Below are positions 8,723-18,787 of a DNA stretch of 43,986 nt, piece by piece. The notes beneath the pieces are model-generated. The model saw nothing but the letters and a program-made list of their open reading frames with translations. It was not told where the DNA came from and searched no databases. The position numbers were made by a program, and so were the translations under genes. The stretch's first letter is position 1; each line of letters opens with the position of its first letter. The DNA lies in IMG/VR virus record IMGVR_UViG_3300036833_000061, positions 1 through 43,986 of that record; one strand, 5' to 3'. Source of the stretch: a virus (Duplodnaviria; Caudoviricetes).

Positions 8723-8882
8723 CTCCGCTTTCTCCCGTAACCTTGTGTCTCACAGCCAGCAGCTTGGCACCTGCCTCGATCGCCTTAAGTCGGTCGGAGG
8801 GCGAAATCTCCGGGTTTTTGAGCACCTTGCGAATCTCGCGCTCCAGCGTATCCAAAAACGTCGATTCCTTGGGCTTGGTCAT
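8700..8882 (-). CDS. Small helical hypothetical protein, 60 aa
   Basis: ATGA overlap with the upstream gene; packs into the operon. Confidence 0.65.
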   Translation of the reverse strand: MTKPKESTFLDTLEREIRKVLKNPEISPSDRLKAIEAGAKLLAVRHKVTGESGDGSFFRK

Positions 8883-10399
8883 TCTAGCCCATCTTGCCCC
8901 GGATTAGACAAAACGTCCATAGCGGATCGGGCGGCAGCCGACGGTATAATAGCTTGCCGATTTGGTATCTGCGGTGCAATGCGCGCTGCCACCGGAGCGC
9001 CCAAAGGGCTTTCTGCCTTAATCATATCCCCCAACTCGCGAATTTCTCGCTGCGTAAGATAGACGCCAGAACGCCGAGCTAATTCGGTAACGGCTGCAAA
9101 AACGGTCGCCGCTCCCAAACCACCTTGCAAGTCTGCCATGACAGTACCGGCCGCAGATACCGGGCCTGATGGGGCATATTTCCCGGCATAGCGAGCCGCA
9201 TTGCGCAGTTTTGTCCCAGAAACGATTTGCTGCATTTTAGCTCGAGTCTCTGGCGAGAATCCGCGCACCTTCTTTGGATTGTCGAGAATCCCCCGGATAT
9301 TCTGCCGCATTGCGTTTTCGGTATTGGAGCCTGAACCAGACACAGATGCCCGATTTTCCCCTACCTGCTGCGCCCTCTCGACAGCTTCCAGCTTCTTGTG
9401 CGCCCTCCAGCCCGAGCGTGCGCGCTGCCACTGTTGCGTGGTGAACGCAGGGTCGCCTTTAATGACTTGAGATGGATGGAGATTATCTATCCACCTTTCT
9501 ATGGATCCCCGAACGATACTGGCGGCTTGTCCATCCGCCGTCCAAGGAGGGACATCCCCCAACGCTTGATGGACATCAAGAATGTGGGCAATCTGGTTGG
9601 TGGAATTTGATCTATTTGCCTCTAGTTGTTTAAGGCCCTTAAAGGTTCGAGGAGCCCCCCCTTCTCCTACCTCTACATGAAGAGCGCGATCCAGATCGGT
9701 GCGAGCCCCGTTCACTAAGTTATCCATGGCGGCAGGCCGCACTTGCAGCCGCGCGTTAGAAATGGCTTCATATCCGGCCTGCGAATCGGCCTTGATGGCT
9801 TGATCGGTCGGAAGTTGTTTGGATAGGCGAGAAGCTTGACGCTCCGCCCCGGCTATTCCGGTGCCTGCTCCTCCCACGAGACCCCCGAGAAACCTACCGG
9901 CGCCAGGGTGATCAAGAGATTCGCCCAGTTCTCCTCCAGCTTCAGCCCCGAGGCCGCCTCCCAACGTAGTGGCAGCCTTGATGAGCTTGCCGCCGGGACC
10001 GATCACCGAGGACGGCAGGAACTCACCGACCGACTGTCCGTAACGCCCAGCGGTGGTTTTTGGCTCTTGGAACTTGCCAAAGACTTTCTCTACTGGTTTG
10101 GTAAGCTCTTCCGAAGTTGCTAGAGCGTAAGAATTATCTTTCGGCGGTTCTTGACCAGTCAGGTAATCAATCCCCTTGTTGAGGCCTGATGCGATGTCTC
10201 CCGGCAAGCCGGCGAGGCCGATAGTCCCCTTGGCAACGCCGCGCCCGAAAGACGTGGCTACATCGCCCAATGCAGAAGGCTCGTCCGGCTTATAGTTGGA
10301 TTTGGCATAGGCCATTATCTGATCGTCAGTCGCGCCTTCTGGAGCGTTAAAGCTCAAGGTGCTTCCGTCTGGTGCTTTGACGCTGACCTTGCCCATCAA
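8879..10399 (-). CDS. Putative DNA ejection / internal virion protein
   Basis: Gly/Ala-rich hydrophobic segments plus helical core; position matches podophage DNA-transfer proteins. Confidence 0.65.
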   Translation of the reverse strand: MMGKVSVKAPDGSTLSFNAPEGATDDQIMAYAKSNYKPDEPSALGDVATSFGRGVAKGTIGLAGLPGDIASGLNKGIDYLTGQEPPKDNSYALATSEELTKPVEKVFGKFQEPKTTAGRYGQSVGEFLPSSVIGPGGKLIKAATTLGGGLGAEAGGELGESLDHPGAGRFLGGLVGGAGTGIAGAERQASRLSKQLPTDQAIKADSQAGYEAISNARLQVRPAAMDNLVNGARTDLDRALHVEVGEGGAPRTFKGLKQLEANRSNSTNQIAHILDVHQALGDVPPWTADGQAASIVRGSIERWIDNLHPSQVIKGDPAFTTQQWQRARSGWRAHKKLEAVERAQQVGENRASVSGSGSNTENAMRQNIRGILDNPKKVRGFSPETRAKMQQIVSGTKLRNAARYAGKYAPSGPVSAAGTVMADLQGGLGAATVFAAVTELARRSGVYLTQREIRELGDMIKAESPLGAPVAARIAPQIPNRQAIIPSAAARSAMDVLSNPGQDGLE

Positions 10400-11763
10400 T
10401 GCCTCTCTATTGGTCCCCAGCCCTCATCGTCAGGAGGAACACGCGCTCCCCCCTGGCTTATAGGCATCGGGGCGCCTGCCGGTGATGCACCTTCGCGCGT
10501 TTCCTGAGTCGCGCTCTTGGACGCCTGCACCTCTTTCCAAAGCCGATTGATCTGGACCTGATATGCCTGCGGGCTTGTTGCCACACTCAAGATGCCGTTG
10601 GCTTTTTGCTCCAAACGATCATTGATACGTGGAACTCCCAACGGGTTCATAGCGCGCGTGTAGGCATTTATAAGCGCGAAGTTGGCCATGATAAAATCGT
10701 TGTAAGCAGGATCACTGCTGCCGGCCTCCCATTGCTGTTGCAGTTTATTCCATGGCACAAACTTCCCGCGCGGTAATGCTTTGGATGTTTCCATCGCCTG
10801 CGGTATCAATTGGGCGACTTCGTTAGAAGCATTTTCGACCCGGGCAGATTGAGTCCCAGACGATCTTCCATAGGATTGCTCCTGCGCTAACGCGCCAGCG
10901 AATTTCTTGACATCTTCTGATGTGGCATTGGGGTTTTCCTGAAGGTATTTCCTGATAGCCATTGTGCCGGCGGTGCCACGACTAGGGTTGGTCATAGAAT
11001 CATACTGTTCTTGAAGACGAGCCCAGCCTAGCTTTATTTTCTCCGCAGCTTGATCGTGCTTATCCTGAAATTCTCTCACTTTCTCGTTGGCTTGCGCCAG
11101 CATAGTGTAGTTGCGCTGGTTGGCTAAGTTATAGCTAATCTCGTCTTGGTGCTGAGATGCGACCAGTTTGTATTCCTCCATCTTCTGGTCGAGATTTAGC
11201 TTCTTGTTACGCCAAATGCGGTCGTATTGATCGAGCATGGATCTGTTGTTCGTGCTCACCTCATCGGAAGCGGCTTTCCACTCCTCCATCTTCTGTTGGA
11301 ATATCTGAAACTTGCCTTGCGTGAATCCTTGGATTGCACCAGAGAAGGCATTAAGGGAAGCGGTAGTACCGCGCCGGGACAAGCCTCCAGCGAGAGCCGC
11401 CATGACGGTGGCTATCTGCATGTACTCCATCATACCTTGCCCGATCTGGGAGGCCTGCGGGGCCTTGGGGGCGGCTTGGAGACCGGGAGGCTGCATGTTG
11501 CCTAGCTGCGCACCCTGCGCTTGGATGTCTTTCAGCATAGGGCGGAGCGCGGCTTGCTTTTGCTCTTGGAGTTGGCCGCCGGCATCTTGGAGGGCCTTCA
11601 ATCCGTCCATAGAGAGTTGCGGTGTGGCGCTTGCCGGCTGTTGTGGTGGCTGGGGAGGTCCACCCGCTATTGCGCCCTGTCCCCACGATGGCATTGGGGG
11701 CGGAGGCGGAGCGTCGAACATCGACCCCGCTCTTTGGTCAAAGGTCTGGCCGTCGTCTGCCAT
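10396..11763 (-). CDS. Putative DNA ejection / internal virion protein
   Basis: Gln-rich coiled coil with a hydrophobic segment; lies in the ejection cluster. Confidence 0.65.
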   Translation of the reverse strand: MADDGQTFDQRAGSMFDAPPPPPMPSWGQGAIAGGPPQPPQQPASATPQLSMDGLKALQDAGGQLQEQKQAALRPMLKDIQAQGAQLGNMQPPGLQAAPKAPQASQIGQGMMEYMQIATVMAALAGGLSRRGTTASLNAFSGAIQGFTQGKFQIFQQKMEEWKAASDEVSTNNRSMLDQYDRIWRNKKLNLDQKMEEYKLVASQHQDEISYNLANQRNYTMLAQANEKVREFQDKHDQAAEKIKLGWARLQEQYDSMTNPSRGTAGTMAIRKYLQENPNATSEDVKKFAGALAQEQSYGRSSGTQSARVENASNEVAQLIPQAMETSKALPRGKFVPWNKLQQQWEAGSSDPAYNDFIMANFALINAYTRAMNPLGVPRINDRLEQKANGILSVATSPQAYQVQINRLWKEVQASKSATQETREGASPAGAPMPISQGGARVPPDDEGWGPIERH

Positions 11764-11770
11764 GAATCAC

Positions 11771-13159
11771 CTATGCGACCTTTTGTCCCAAGTTGCTGAA
11801 CGCCGCGATCATGCCGAACGATTGCAGGGCGGAGGATATGCTCTGCTGGAAGGCGGTATCCTGCTGGACCTGTATCTGGGCCGCTTGCATAAGGGTGGCA
11901 TCGGTCGCGCTCGTGGCCGCATTGGCGGCACCTGCCGCGCTGAACGCCGTCTTGACGAGATTGTCGATCATGGCCTGCTGCTGGGCGAGCGCCTGCTCGT
12001 CAATCTGGGCTTTTCCCTGCACCCATTGGGACGTAGCGGTAGGATCGGCGTTCCCCTCGTTCGCAATCTGCTGATAAAGCTGGTTGTATGAGTCTTTCTT
12101 GAAGATGTCGATTTGTGCCGCCTGCGCCGGGCTTATCTGGTTGTTATTGGCCAGCGCCAAGTCGGTGGCCGCCGTCTTGTTGTATAGCGGCACGTTGGTA
12201 TTGCCGCCCGCCACGGCGTTGTTAGTCGCCGCTTGGGCCGCGCTCGGCAGTGGCGGCGTCCCCTTCATGGCATTGTACCCAATGAGGCCGAGCGGGAGCG
12301 CGAGTTCTGCCGCTTTTGTCCATGGGCTCGACAAGACGCTACCGACCTCGCTGGTAAGACTTGGAGAGGCGGCCGCAGGGGTAGCGGCTGCGGCCGGCGC
12401 GGCTGCCGCTGCGGCCCCGGCGGCCGTGGTATCGGCGCCAGCGGAAAATGGAGCGGTCGCATTCGGCACAGGGGCGGAGCCGGCCCCAAAGGCCGTCGCG
12501 GCCGTGCTCGCCTCTGTGGGCGGAGCGGCGGCAGTTGCGCCAAGATTGGCGGCGATATTAGTATCGCCTGTCGCAGCATAGTCGGCGGCCGAACTCAACC
12601 CGCCAGATATTCCTGCGGGCGAACTAGCGACCGCCGTAGGGGCGCCACCTCCGACCCCAAGGCCTGGCGCTGCGGCGGGCGTTGGCGCAAAGCTCAAGGC
12701 ATCGCTGGCGGCCCCACCGAGGCCGGTGCCGCCTTCTACGGAAGTCCCTAGGTCTCCCGCTGCCGCAAGATCGGCCGCACTGAGCCCGGCGCCGGCCGCT
12801 CCTACGTCTGCCGTTGGCGCGGCCCCGGCGAGCACATCCCCGGCACTGGCTGCACCTGCGGCTCCTAAATCTGCGGCTCCCGCTCCGGCCGCCCCTGCTG
12901 CGCCCCCCAAGTCGGCCGCCAAGCCACCCTCTGCTGCCACCTGCCCCGCAATGTCACCGGCCGCGATCGCGGGCGCTGCGCTGGCGGCCACCTCTGACCC
13001 CAAACCAGCCGCCAATCCTGTGTCTGCCGCCGCCGCCCCGAGACCCGCATCGGCCGCCGCCCCAAAGCCCAAATCTGCCCCAATTGTTGCCCCAATGTCC
13101 CCAAGGCCACCGAGACCGAAAAGATCAGCAATGCCTGCTGCTGCAAGATCAAAGCCCAT
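11771..13159 (-). CDS. Putative pilot/ejection protein, Ala/Gly-rich
   Basis: Long A/G/D-rich N-terminal part, a TM-like segment, then a Gln-rich helix. Confidence 0.65.
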   Translation of the reverse strand: MGFDLAAAGIADLFGLGGLGDIGATIGADLGFGAAADAGLGAAAADTGLAAGLGSEVAASAAPAIAAGDIAGQVAAEGGLAADLGGAAGAAGAGAADLGAAGAASAGDVLAGAAPTADVGAAGAGLSAADLAAAGDLGTSVEGGTGLGGAASDALSFAPTPAAAPGLGVGGGAPTAVASSPAGISGGLSSAADYAATGDTNIAANLGATAAAPPTEASTAATAFGAGSAPVPNATAPFSAGADTTAAGAAAAAAPAAAATPAAASPSLTSEVGSVLSSPWTKAAELALPLGLIGYNAMKGTPPLPSAAQAATNNAVAGGNTNVPLYNKTAATDLALANNNQISPAQAAQIDIFKKDSYNQLYQQIANEGNADPTATSQWVQGKAQIDEQALAQQQAMIDNLVKTAFSAAGAANAATSATDATLMQAAQIQVQQDTAFQQSISSALQSFGMIAAFSNLGQKVA

Positions 13160-13163
13160 GGGG

Positions 13164-15353
13164 TTACCCTAGTGCCGCCAAGGCATCCGGCGAGAGTCCT
13201 GGCTGCGGCGATCCTAACACGGTTCCACCGGGAACGTACGCGCCGCTGTTGGGGTCAAAGACTGGTCCCAATGTGGCCCCGGATGGGGAGGGTAGGCCTG
13301 GCGGCCCCGAGGGCGGCTCTTCCCCCCCGAGCACGGTAGTAGCCGGGTTGGGGTTGTAGCCCCCAGCGTTAACTGGCGGGAATACGAATGGGGGCGGTCC
13401 CGCTGGTCCTGGTCCTGATGGCCCGGCTGGTCCTGGTCCTTGCGGCCCTGATGGTGACGAAGGGATCGCTTGGGTGATCTGAGCGGCCAGCGTTTCCGGG
13501 GTCAGGGGAGGCACTGGCGTAGTGCTGCTGCCTGGTGCCGGCGCCCCGAGTCCCGATGTGTCGGAAGGCGGGTTGGAGAGCGTGTCGAGCGCGTTGGAAC
13601 TGATCGACGGCGTTGTGGTCGATGAGGGGGTGTTTCCCGGAGCCGTGGGCGCACTCGGACTGCTTATGGGAGAAATGCCGGTGTCCGATCCGGCCGGAGC
13701 TGGAGCCGGCCCCGGGGCACCGAGAGGCCCCACATCTACCGGAGTTGTCGGCGCACTGATGTCCTGCGGGCCGGTCAATTGTGGCGTGGTGTCCAGCGGA
13801 GCGGCCGGCAGCATGTCCGACTTGCCAGAATTGAGCGGTGGCGTCGTGGTCGTATTGGAAGGCGCCGCTACGGGAGTCCCGGTCGGATTGCCAAAAGCAT
13901 CCGTGAGGGCAGGGTTTTGCGGAGCGGACAGATTCCCGGATACCGCCGCCGGAAGCCCACTTAAGTCGGCCGCCGGAGCCGTTCCAAGTTGCGGTCCTAA
14001 TGTTGGCGCCGATCCTGCTATCTGCGCCGCCGGAGGGTTTGAATTGTTCAAAAAACCGCCGCTGAGTGCCTGCGGGTTGGTGTTTAGAGACCCTGGAGCC
14101 AAAAGCGAAGGATCGGTTGTGGTCCCTCCGGTCAGACCGAAAATCTGGGAATTGGGGCTGGATGAGAGGCTTGGGAGTATCGCCCCGGGCTCTAGTGCTC
14201 CCGGAATAGTCCCGCCAATCTGAGGCTGTTGCAGGGACGTGTCGGCGCCCGGCAGTGTGTTCATGATTTCTTGGAAAGTTAGGCCGCCCTGGGGGTCAGC
14301 GACGGGAGCCCCTGTGGGAACTCCCTGCGGATTCCCCGGAGTATACGAAGTAGTCGGTACTCCAATAGCCGGGCTCAAGTCGGCGCCGAGCGCCGCTCCT
14401 ATGGGGGAAATACCAGCGAGAATGTCAGAGATTGAGGTCAAGCCACCAGATAAGCCGGCAGCGCGCGCGGCGGCGGCCGGAGATTGTGGCGCAATCTGGC
14501 CGAAATCTCCCGGGATACCGCTTGGCGTGTTGGGGTCCGGGGCGGTCGGGTTTCCAGGCCCCTGCGCTGGCCCCTGCGAGCCCGGAAGCCCAAACCCGGG
14601 CTGACCTGGGTCGAACGTCCTGCCTGGATCGAATAGCGGCCCCTGAGTCGGGTCTACTGCGTTAGGGCCTTGGCCGACGCCGATCGCTTGATTGAGTTGG
14701 TCTTGGGTTAGGCTGCCATCGCCAACGAACCCAAATTGGCCTTGAGGGCCAGAAACCGTCCCGAATTGGCCAACTGGTGCAGCATCCAGCGCACTCACTG
14801 CATCCGGGGATATACCCTGCTCGTTGGCAGTTGCATCTGGGCTCTGATTACCACCAGTCGGGTCGGTAGGCTGGCTAGTGCCAGCAGGGCCTTGCTCGTC
14901 CTGCCCCGTCCTGGGGCCGCCGCCATCAAAGCCGCCCTCGCCTCCTCTGAATGCAGAGATGTTATCTTGCTGGTCCTGCCCCGTAGTACCGTCGCCGTCT
15001 CCGGCGCCTAAGTCGCCACCTCCACCATAGCCGCCCTGTGTCCCGTCTCCTGTATCCCCGGCGCTAGAAGTTCCGCCTTGGCCGGTATCATTACCGCCGC
15101 CCCCACCATCGCCCCCAACGCCACCGCCTCCACCTCCTTGGCTGGTGCCGTCGCCGCCGCCACCTCCCCCGTCACCCTTTCCGCCGCTGCTGGGGCCAGC
15201 GCCACCATCCCCGCTCCCGCCATCGCTCCCGCCATCGTCATCACCCCCGCCGTCATCTCCTCCCCCTCCATCGCCACCGCCCCCATCGCCGTCATCATCA
15301 GCGGACATCCATAGCCAAGACGGTTCCCAGCCCCATTCCAGAATATTACGCAT
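13164..15353 (-). CDS. Gly/Pro/Asp-rich, probably disordered protein, 729 aa (putative internal virion protein)
   Basis: Uninterrupted ORF with GGAACTGACCAATG start context, coupled to the GNAT gene; fills the operon exactly. Confidence 0.75.
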   Translation of the reverse strand: MRNILEWGWEPSWLWMSADDDGDGGGGDGGGGDDGGGDDDGGSDGGSGDGGAGPSSGGKGDGGGGGGDGTSQGGGGGGVGGDGGGGGNDTGQGGTSSAGDTGDGTQGGYGGGGDLGAGDGDGTTGQDQQDNISAFRGGEGGFDGGGPRTGQDEQGPAGTSQPTDPTGGNQSPDATANEQGISPDAVSALDAAPVGQFGTVSGPQGQFGFVGDGSLTQDQLNQAIGVGQGPNAVDPTQGPLFDPGRTFDPGQPGFGLPGSQGPAQGPGNPTAPDPNTPSGIPGDFGQIAPQSPAAAARAAGLSGGLTSISDILAGISPIGAALGADLSPAIGVPTTSYTPGNPQGVPTGAPVADPQGGLTFQEIMNTLPGADTSLQQPQIGGTIPGALEPGAILPSLSSSPNSQIFGLTGGTTTDPSLLAPGSLNTNPQALSGGFLNNSNPPAAQIAGSAPTLGPQLGTAPAADLSGLPAAVSGNLSAPQNPALTDAFGNPTGTPVAAPSNTTTTPPLNSGKSDMLPAAPLDTTPQLTGPQDISAPTTPVDVGPLGAPGPAPAPAGSDTGISPISSPSAPTAPGNTPSSTTTPSISSNALDTLSNPPSDTSGLGAPAPGSSTTPVPPLTPETLAAQITQAIPSSPSGPQGPGPAGPSGPGPAGPPPFVFPPVNAGGYNPNPATTVLGGEEPPSGPPGLPSPSGATLGPVFDPNSGAYVPGGTVLGSPQPGLSPDALAALG

Positions 15354-15870
15354 TGGTCAGTTCCTTCACGTAGAGCAAATCCGTGAGAACATATCCCATC
15401 CCCTCAAAAATGTACCCGTGATTATGCGCCGCCTTGGACCGGAGCGTCACAAACACAGCGCCGCGCTCGATCGCTATCTTCTCCGCAATCTGCAACATAG
15501 CTTTGCCGGCCCCAAGATTGCGGTAGGCGGGATGCAGATAGTGCAGATCGTCTGTGGCCACCTTTACTTGCTTGTAGTGTAGATGCGGCTTCACGACCAC
15601 GATCATGTAGCCGACTGTTTGGATGCCGTCCTTGGCTCGAATGAGCACCATCTCGTCCTTCTTGAGCATCCGATCGTATTCCCGCCAATCAGGGTCTAGC
15701 TTCAGGGTGCTCTTGAAGCTGGCCACCTCCTCGTAGTGGGCCTTGAGAAGCGGCTTGGGGAGTTCGCGGGCGGACCCGCCAATGTCGAAGATCAGATTAT
15801 GACGAGCACTGATCCCTGGAATCGGCTTCACCATGTAACGGGCTTCAACTTCTGCTGCTGTCGGCATCAT
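15346..15870 (-). CDS. GNAT-family N-acetyltransferase
   Basis: YLHPAYRNLGAGKAML acetyl-CoA motif A; C-terminal FEGMGY. Confidence 0.88.
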   Translation of the reverse strand: MMPTAAEVEARYMVKPIPGISARHNLIFDIGGSARELPKPLLKAHYEEVASFKSTLKLDPDWREYDRMLKKDEMVLIRAKDGIQTVGYMIVVVKPHLHYKQVKVATDDLHYLHPAYRNLGAGKAMLQIAEKIAIERGAVFVTLRSKAAHNHGYIFEGMGYVLTDLLYVKELTNA

Positions 15871-16220
15871 ACGATTCCTAGACTGGCCCTGATTTGGGCG
15901 TGTTCATCGGCATGTGTATCCATCCAGATAAACCACTGGTCTTCTTTGGTCAAATCTACGTCGGCTAGGTCTATACCGGAAACCCCCGTGTAGGTTCTTA
16001 GCTGCTGGTGCGTGGCCTGATGTGATTCTAGCCATACACTGATTCTCGCTTTTAGCAGGCGCTGGTCATTGTCTGGCTCTCCTAGGTCGAATTTCGCGAA
16101 GTTGTAGTCAGGGATGAATACGGGAGGCGTAAAGGCTTGGAATATCCGCACGAATTGAGCGTGCTCCAGATAGTGCTCCTGAAGCCAGACCGAGAAGCCG
16201 GCCGGGTCTTTGGGGAGCAC
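15867..16220 (-). CDS. Hypothetical His/Trp-rich protein
   Basis: Three W(x)3H(x)3H repeats; GTG start; ATGA overlap downstream. Confidence 0.7.
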   Translation of the reverse strand: MLPKDPAGFSVWLQEHYLEHAQFVRIFQAFTPPVFIPDYNFAKFDLGEPDNDQRLLKARISVWLESHQATHQQLRTYTGVSGIDLADVDLTKEDQWFIWMDTHADEHAQIRASLGIV

Positions 16221-16253
16221 GGTATCGTGGAAGAAAATTGGCAGTCCCGCCTC

Positions 16254-18038
16254 CTATGCGCTTGGCCTAGATGCAAGAACCTTTGCGTCTTGGTACTCCA
16301 TCACCACCTGATTGATGACAAATCCAGAACCTCCGGCTCCTGTACCAGCGAAGCTTCCAGTTATGGTCACCCCTAGGAAAACTCCCGTGGCCGCCGCTTG
16401 GCTACGCTGGTAGACAAATCCAGTGGTAAACCAATCCACCACTTGGCCTAGGTTATTCTTCCAAATCACAACCTGATTAGAGTTGTTTAGCCAGACCATC
16501 TTGTTACCTGACGGAAACGGGAAGCTGATGCTGCCGTTCTCTGAATCCGTCGTTAAAAGCACGGTGGAGAACGTATTAGTGAAATACGCTATGGCGCAGG
16601 CTGTGGCGCGCTTGCCCATGTGGGGCTTGCTGTGCGCCGTGAGCGAGGTCTGAAGTATGATCGGCACTGGGTTGGTGCTTTGGAAAATCTGGGTTACATC
16701 ATTGCCGGATGAAACGAATGTCTCTACGATGCCGTTGATCGTGAGCGAGCATATGGTTGCCACCATATTGCCCTGATTTGCTACGAACCATCGGTTCTTG
16801 TAAAAGCAGAGAATGAGAGAGCGGGTTCCCTTCACCGGGTCTTTGTATCTGAGCAACAAAAGGAAGGTGTGCAATGCCGTATGCAAGTCCTGAATCGCAG
16901 CTTGAAGAGGAGTGGAAAAATCGGCAAGCGCGAATATCCCATCCATCGGATCGGAAACCTTCTCCACCGAGGCTCCAAGTATGGCGTAGACCCCGACCTT
17001 ATTCGCAAACAGGATTAATCTATTATAGCTGGCTATCGCCCGAGGAAATGTCGTACCTTGATCGGATGATAAGGTGACGATGTTGAAGATCGTGCTGCTG
17101 CTTTGAACTGTGACGGTGCCGATCTGCTTGATTGAGGCGTCACCAAAGATGTAAAGGAAGTTATTCAAAGAGCGCAGAGCGGTGATTGAGTGGACCAGAT
17201 CGGCGTCAGCTATGGTGGTACTGCCTGAAGCGTTGGCTGGGTTCGAGTCGTCAAATCCCTTGGTGCCTGTCCACTGGAGAGTGCGCGCTGCCCCGAGCCA
17301 GACGCGGCCAACGAAGACGGCCAACGTCGTGGGGGTGACGGCAAAGAACGGCCATACAATCGCGGTGCCTGTAGCGCCGGTTCCGGCCCCTACAGCCGTT
17401 ATCGTCAGCGTCAGGGTATCTGCGGCCTTATAGCCGCTGCCGGGAGCCGTCAGGTTCAATTTTGTGACCACACCAGCCACAACGGTCGCAGTCGCCGTCG
17501 CGCCCGAACCACTCCCCCCCGTAATCGCCACCGTCGCTCCGGACGTATACCCCGAACCTCCAGCAGTAACGATAAGATTGGGCGACACTCCGCCCTGTTT
17601 CACGAATGCCGTTCCGTCCCATGTGGAGTATCCTGCTGTTGCATCAGCGATCAGTATGCGCTGAGATTGCCATACCGTCATATCTGGGGTGAGAGAGAAC
17701 GTGCTGGCCGGAGCGATAAGAACTTGGGCGCCGGTTACTGCGTTGACCTGATAGGCCGATCCCGATTGACAGAAATTGATGATGTAATCGACGCCCCCAT
17801 AGTTGGCGGTGAACTGAGAAGCAATAACCTCTCCGGTTATGGTAGTGAGAGGAGGCGTCACGGGACCGTTCATGGCGGCTAATTGATTGGGCGCCACGAT
17901 GATCAGGTTTTCGCACCACGCGAGCTTGTTAGGCTCTAGAGCCTGCCGGGCCGATTGGGTGTCCATGGTTTGGAACCCAGCAAAGCCGATGTAGTCTTTG
18001 GTCGCAAGCTGCTGGGCAGAGACTTCGCCGGGCATCAC
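16254..18038 (-). CDS. Tail stabilisation / nozzle protein (P22 gp10 or T7 gp12-like)
   Basis: 594 aa, beta-propeller-like (VFVGRVWL, NNFLYIFG); downstream of the adaptor. Confidence 0.7.
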   Translation of the reverse strand: MMPGEVSAQQLATKDYIGFAGFQTMDTQSARQALEPNKLAWCENLIIVAPNQLAAMNGPVTPPLTTITGEVIASQFTANYGGVDYIINFCQSGSAYQVNAVTGAQVLIAPASTFSLTPDMTVWQSQRILIADATAGYSTWDGTAFVKQGGVSPNLIVTAGGSGYTSGATVAITGGSGSGATATATVVAGVVTKLNLTAPGSGYKAADTLTLTITAVGAGTGATGTAIVWPFFAVTPTTLAVFVGRVWLGAARTLQWTGTKGFDDSNPANASGSTTIADADLVHSITALRSLNNFLYIFGDASIKQIGTVTVQSSSTIFNIVTLSSDQGTTFPRAIASYNRLILFANKVGVYAILGASVEKVSDPMDGIFALADFSTPLQAAIQDLHTALHTFLLLLRYKDPVKGTRSLILCFYKNRWFVANQGNMVATICSLTINGIVETFVSSGNDVTQIFQSTNPVPIILQTSLTAHSKPHMGKRATACAIAYFTNTFSTVLLTTDSENGSISFPFPSGNKMVWLNNSNQVVIWKNNLGQVVDWFTTGFVYQRSQAAATGVFLGVTITGSFAGTGAGGSGFVINQVVMEYQDAKVLASRPSA

Positions 18039-18787
18039 TTAGCACCATCAAAAGACAAACCGTAGTAGACAGCTCTTTCCCTACCGTCTGGGTGTCGGAT
18101 TACAACAGGCTTCCCTCCTACCTTGGAATATGTGGAGTTGGCTACGTTCATTCCCTCCAACTCACCGGAATTGTGGGCCGCAAATAACTCCTCTGGGGTA
18201 ACGCCGGAATTCTTCAAGATTAACGAGGCATCTATTGGAGGCCTGCGCCCAAACTTAACGTGTTCGGAATACTTGGGAGATTTATTAAGAATCTCATCGT
18301 AGGACGATTTGAGTCTTTGACCAACAGGCTGAGACATTTTTAGTGCAGCGTTGCGCTCTGCCGGTTTTGAATAACCGTAAGCCAGATTTCCGCTTTCCAA
18401 GCTTTCTTGAGGGCTTCTCATTTGTTCCGCCGCATCAGCAATCTTGGCAGCCTCCTCGCGGCTAACGTATCGTCCCGTAGAAGTAAGAAACCCGTCAACG
18501 TCGTTAGGGTTTGGTCCAAGTTTGAAGCCAGCATCATTTGCATTAGCCGCCGCGCTACTGTGAACTGTGCCAGAAAATATTTTTCCTTCCGGTGTACGAA
18601 CTGCTGCCCCGACAATTTTCTCAGCCGGCTGACTAATCCTAGGGCGTGAAGATCCAGCCATGCCTGGAGTTTCTGGAACAGCAGCTAGAAATGACGATGG
18701 CGGCACCTTCCCGACTTGCTCTAGCTCATGCACCCCCGGAGGTTGCCCAGCAACATTTAGAAGTTTCTCAGCTTCTGGTTCCATCAA
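18035..18787 (-). CDS. Hypothetical protein inserted between adaptor and nozzle
   Basis: Overlapping stop/start at both ends; GFLTSTGRYVSREEA motif; more AT-rich than its neighbours. Confidence 0.7.
   Translation of the reverse strand: MMEPEAEKLLNVAGQPPGVHELEQVGKVPPSSFLAAVPETPGMAGSSRPRISQPAEKIVGAAVRTPEGKIFSGTVHSSAAANANDAGFKLGPNPNDVDGFLTSTGRYVSREEAAKIADAAEQMRSPQESLESGNLAYGYSKPAERNAALKMSQPVGQRLKSSYDEILNKSPKYSEHVKFGRRPPIDASLILKNSGVTPEELFAAHNSGELEGMNVANSTYSKVGGKPVVIRHPDGRERAVYYGLSFDGAK

Noticed and set aside
11312-15582. Numerous long plus-strand ORFs (e.g. 11312-12091, 13522-14223)
   Set aside because: Antisense shadows of GC-rich low-complexity minus-strand genes that pack perfectly into an operon
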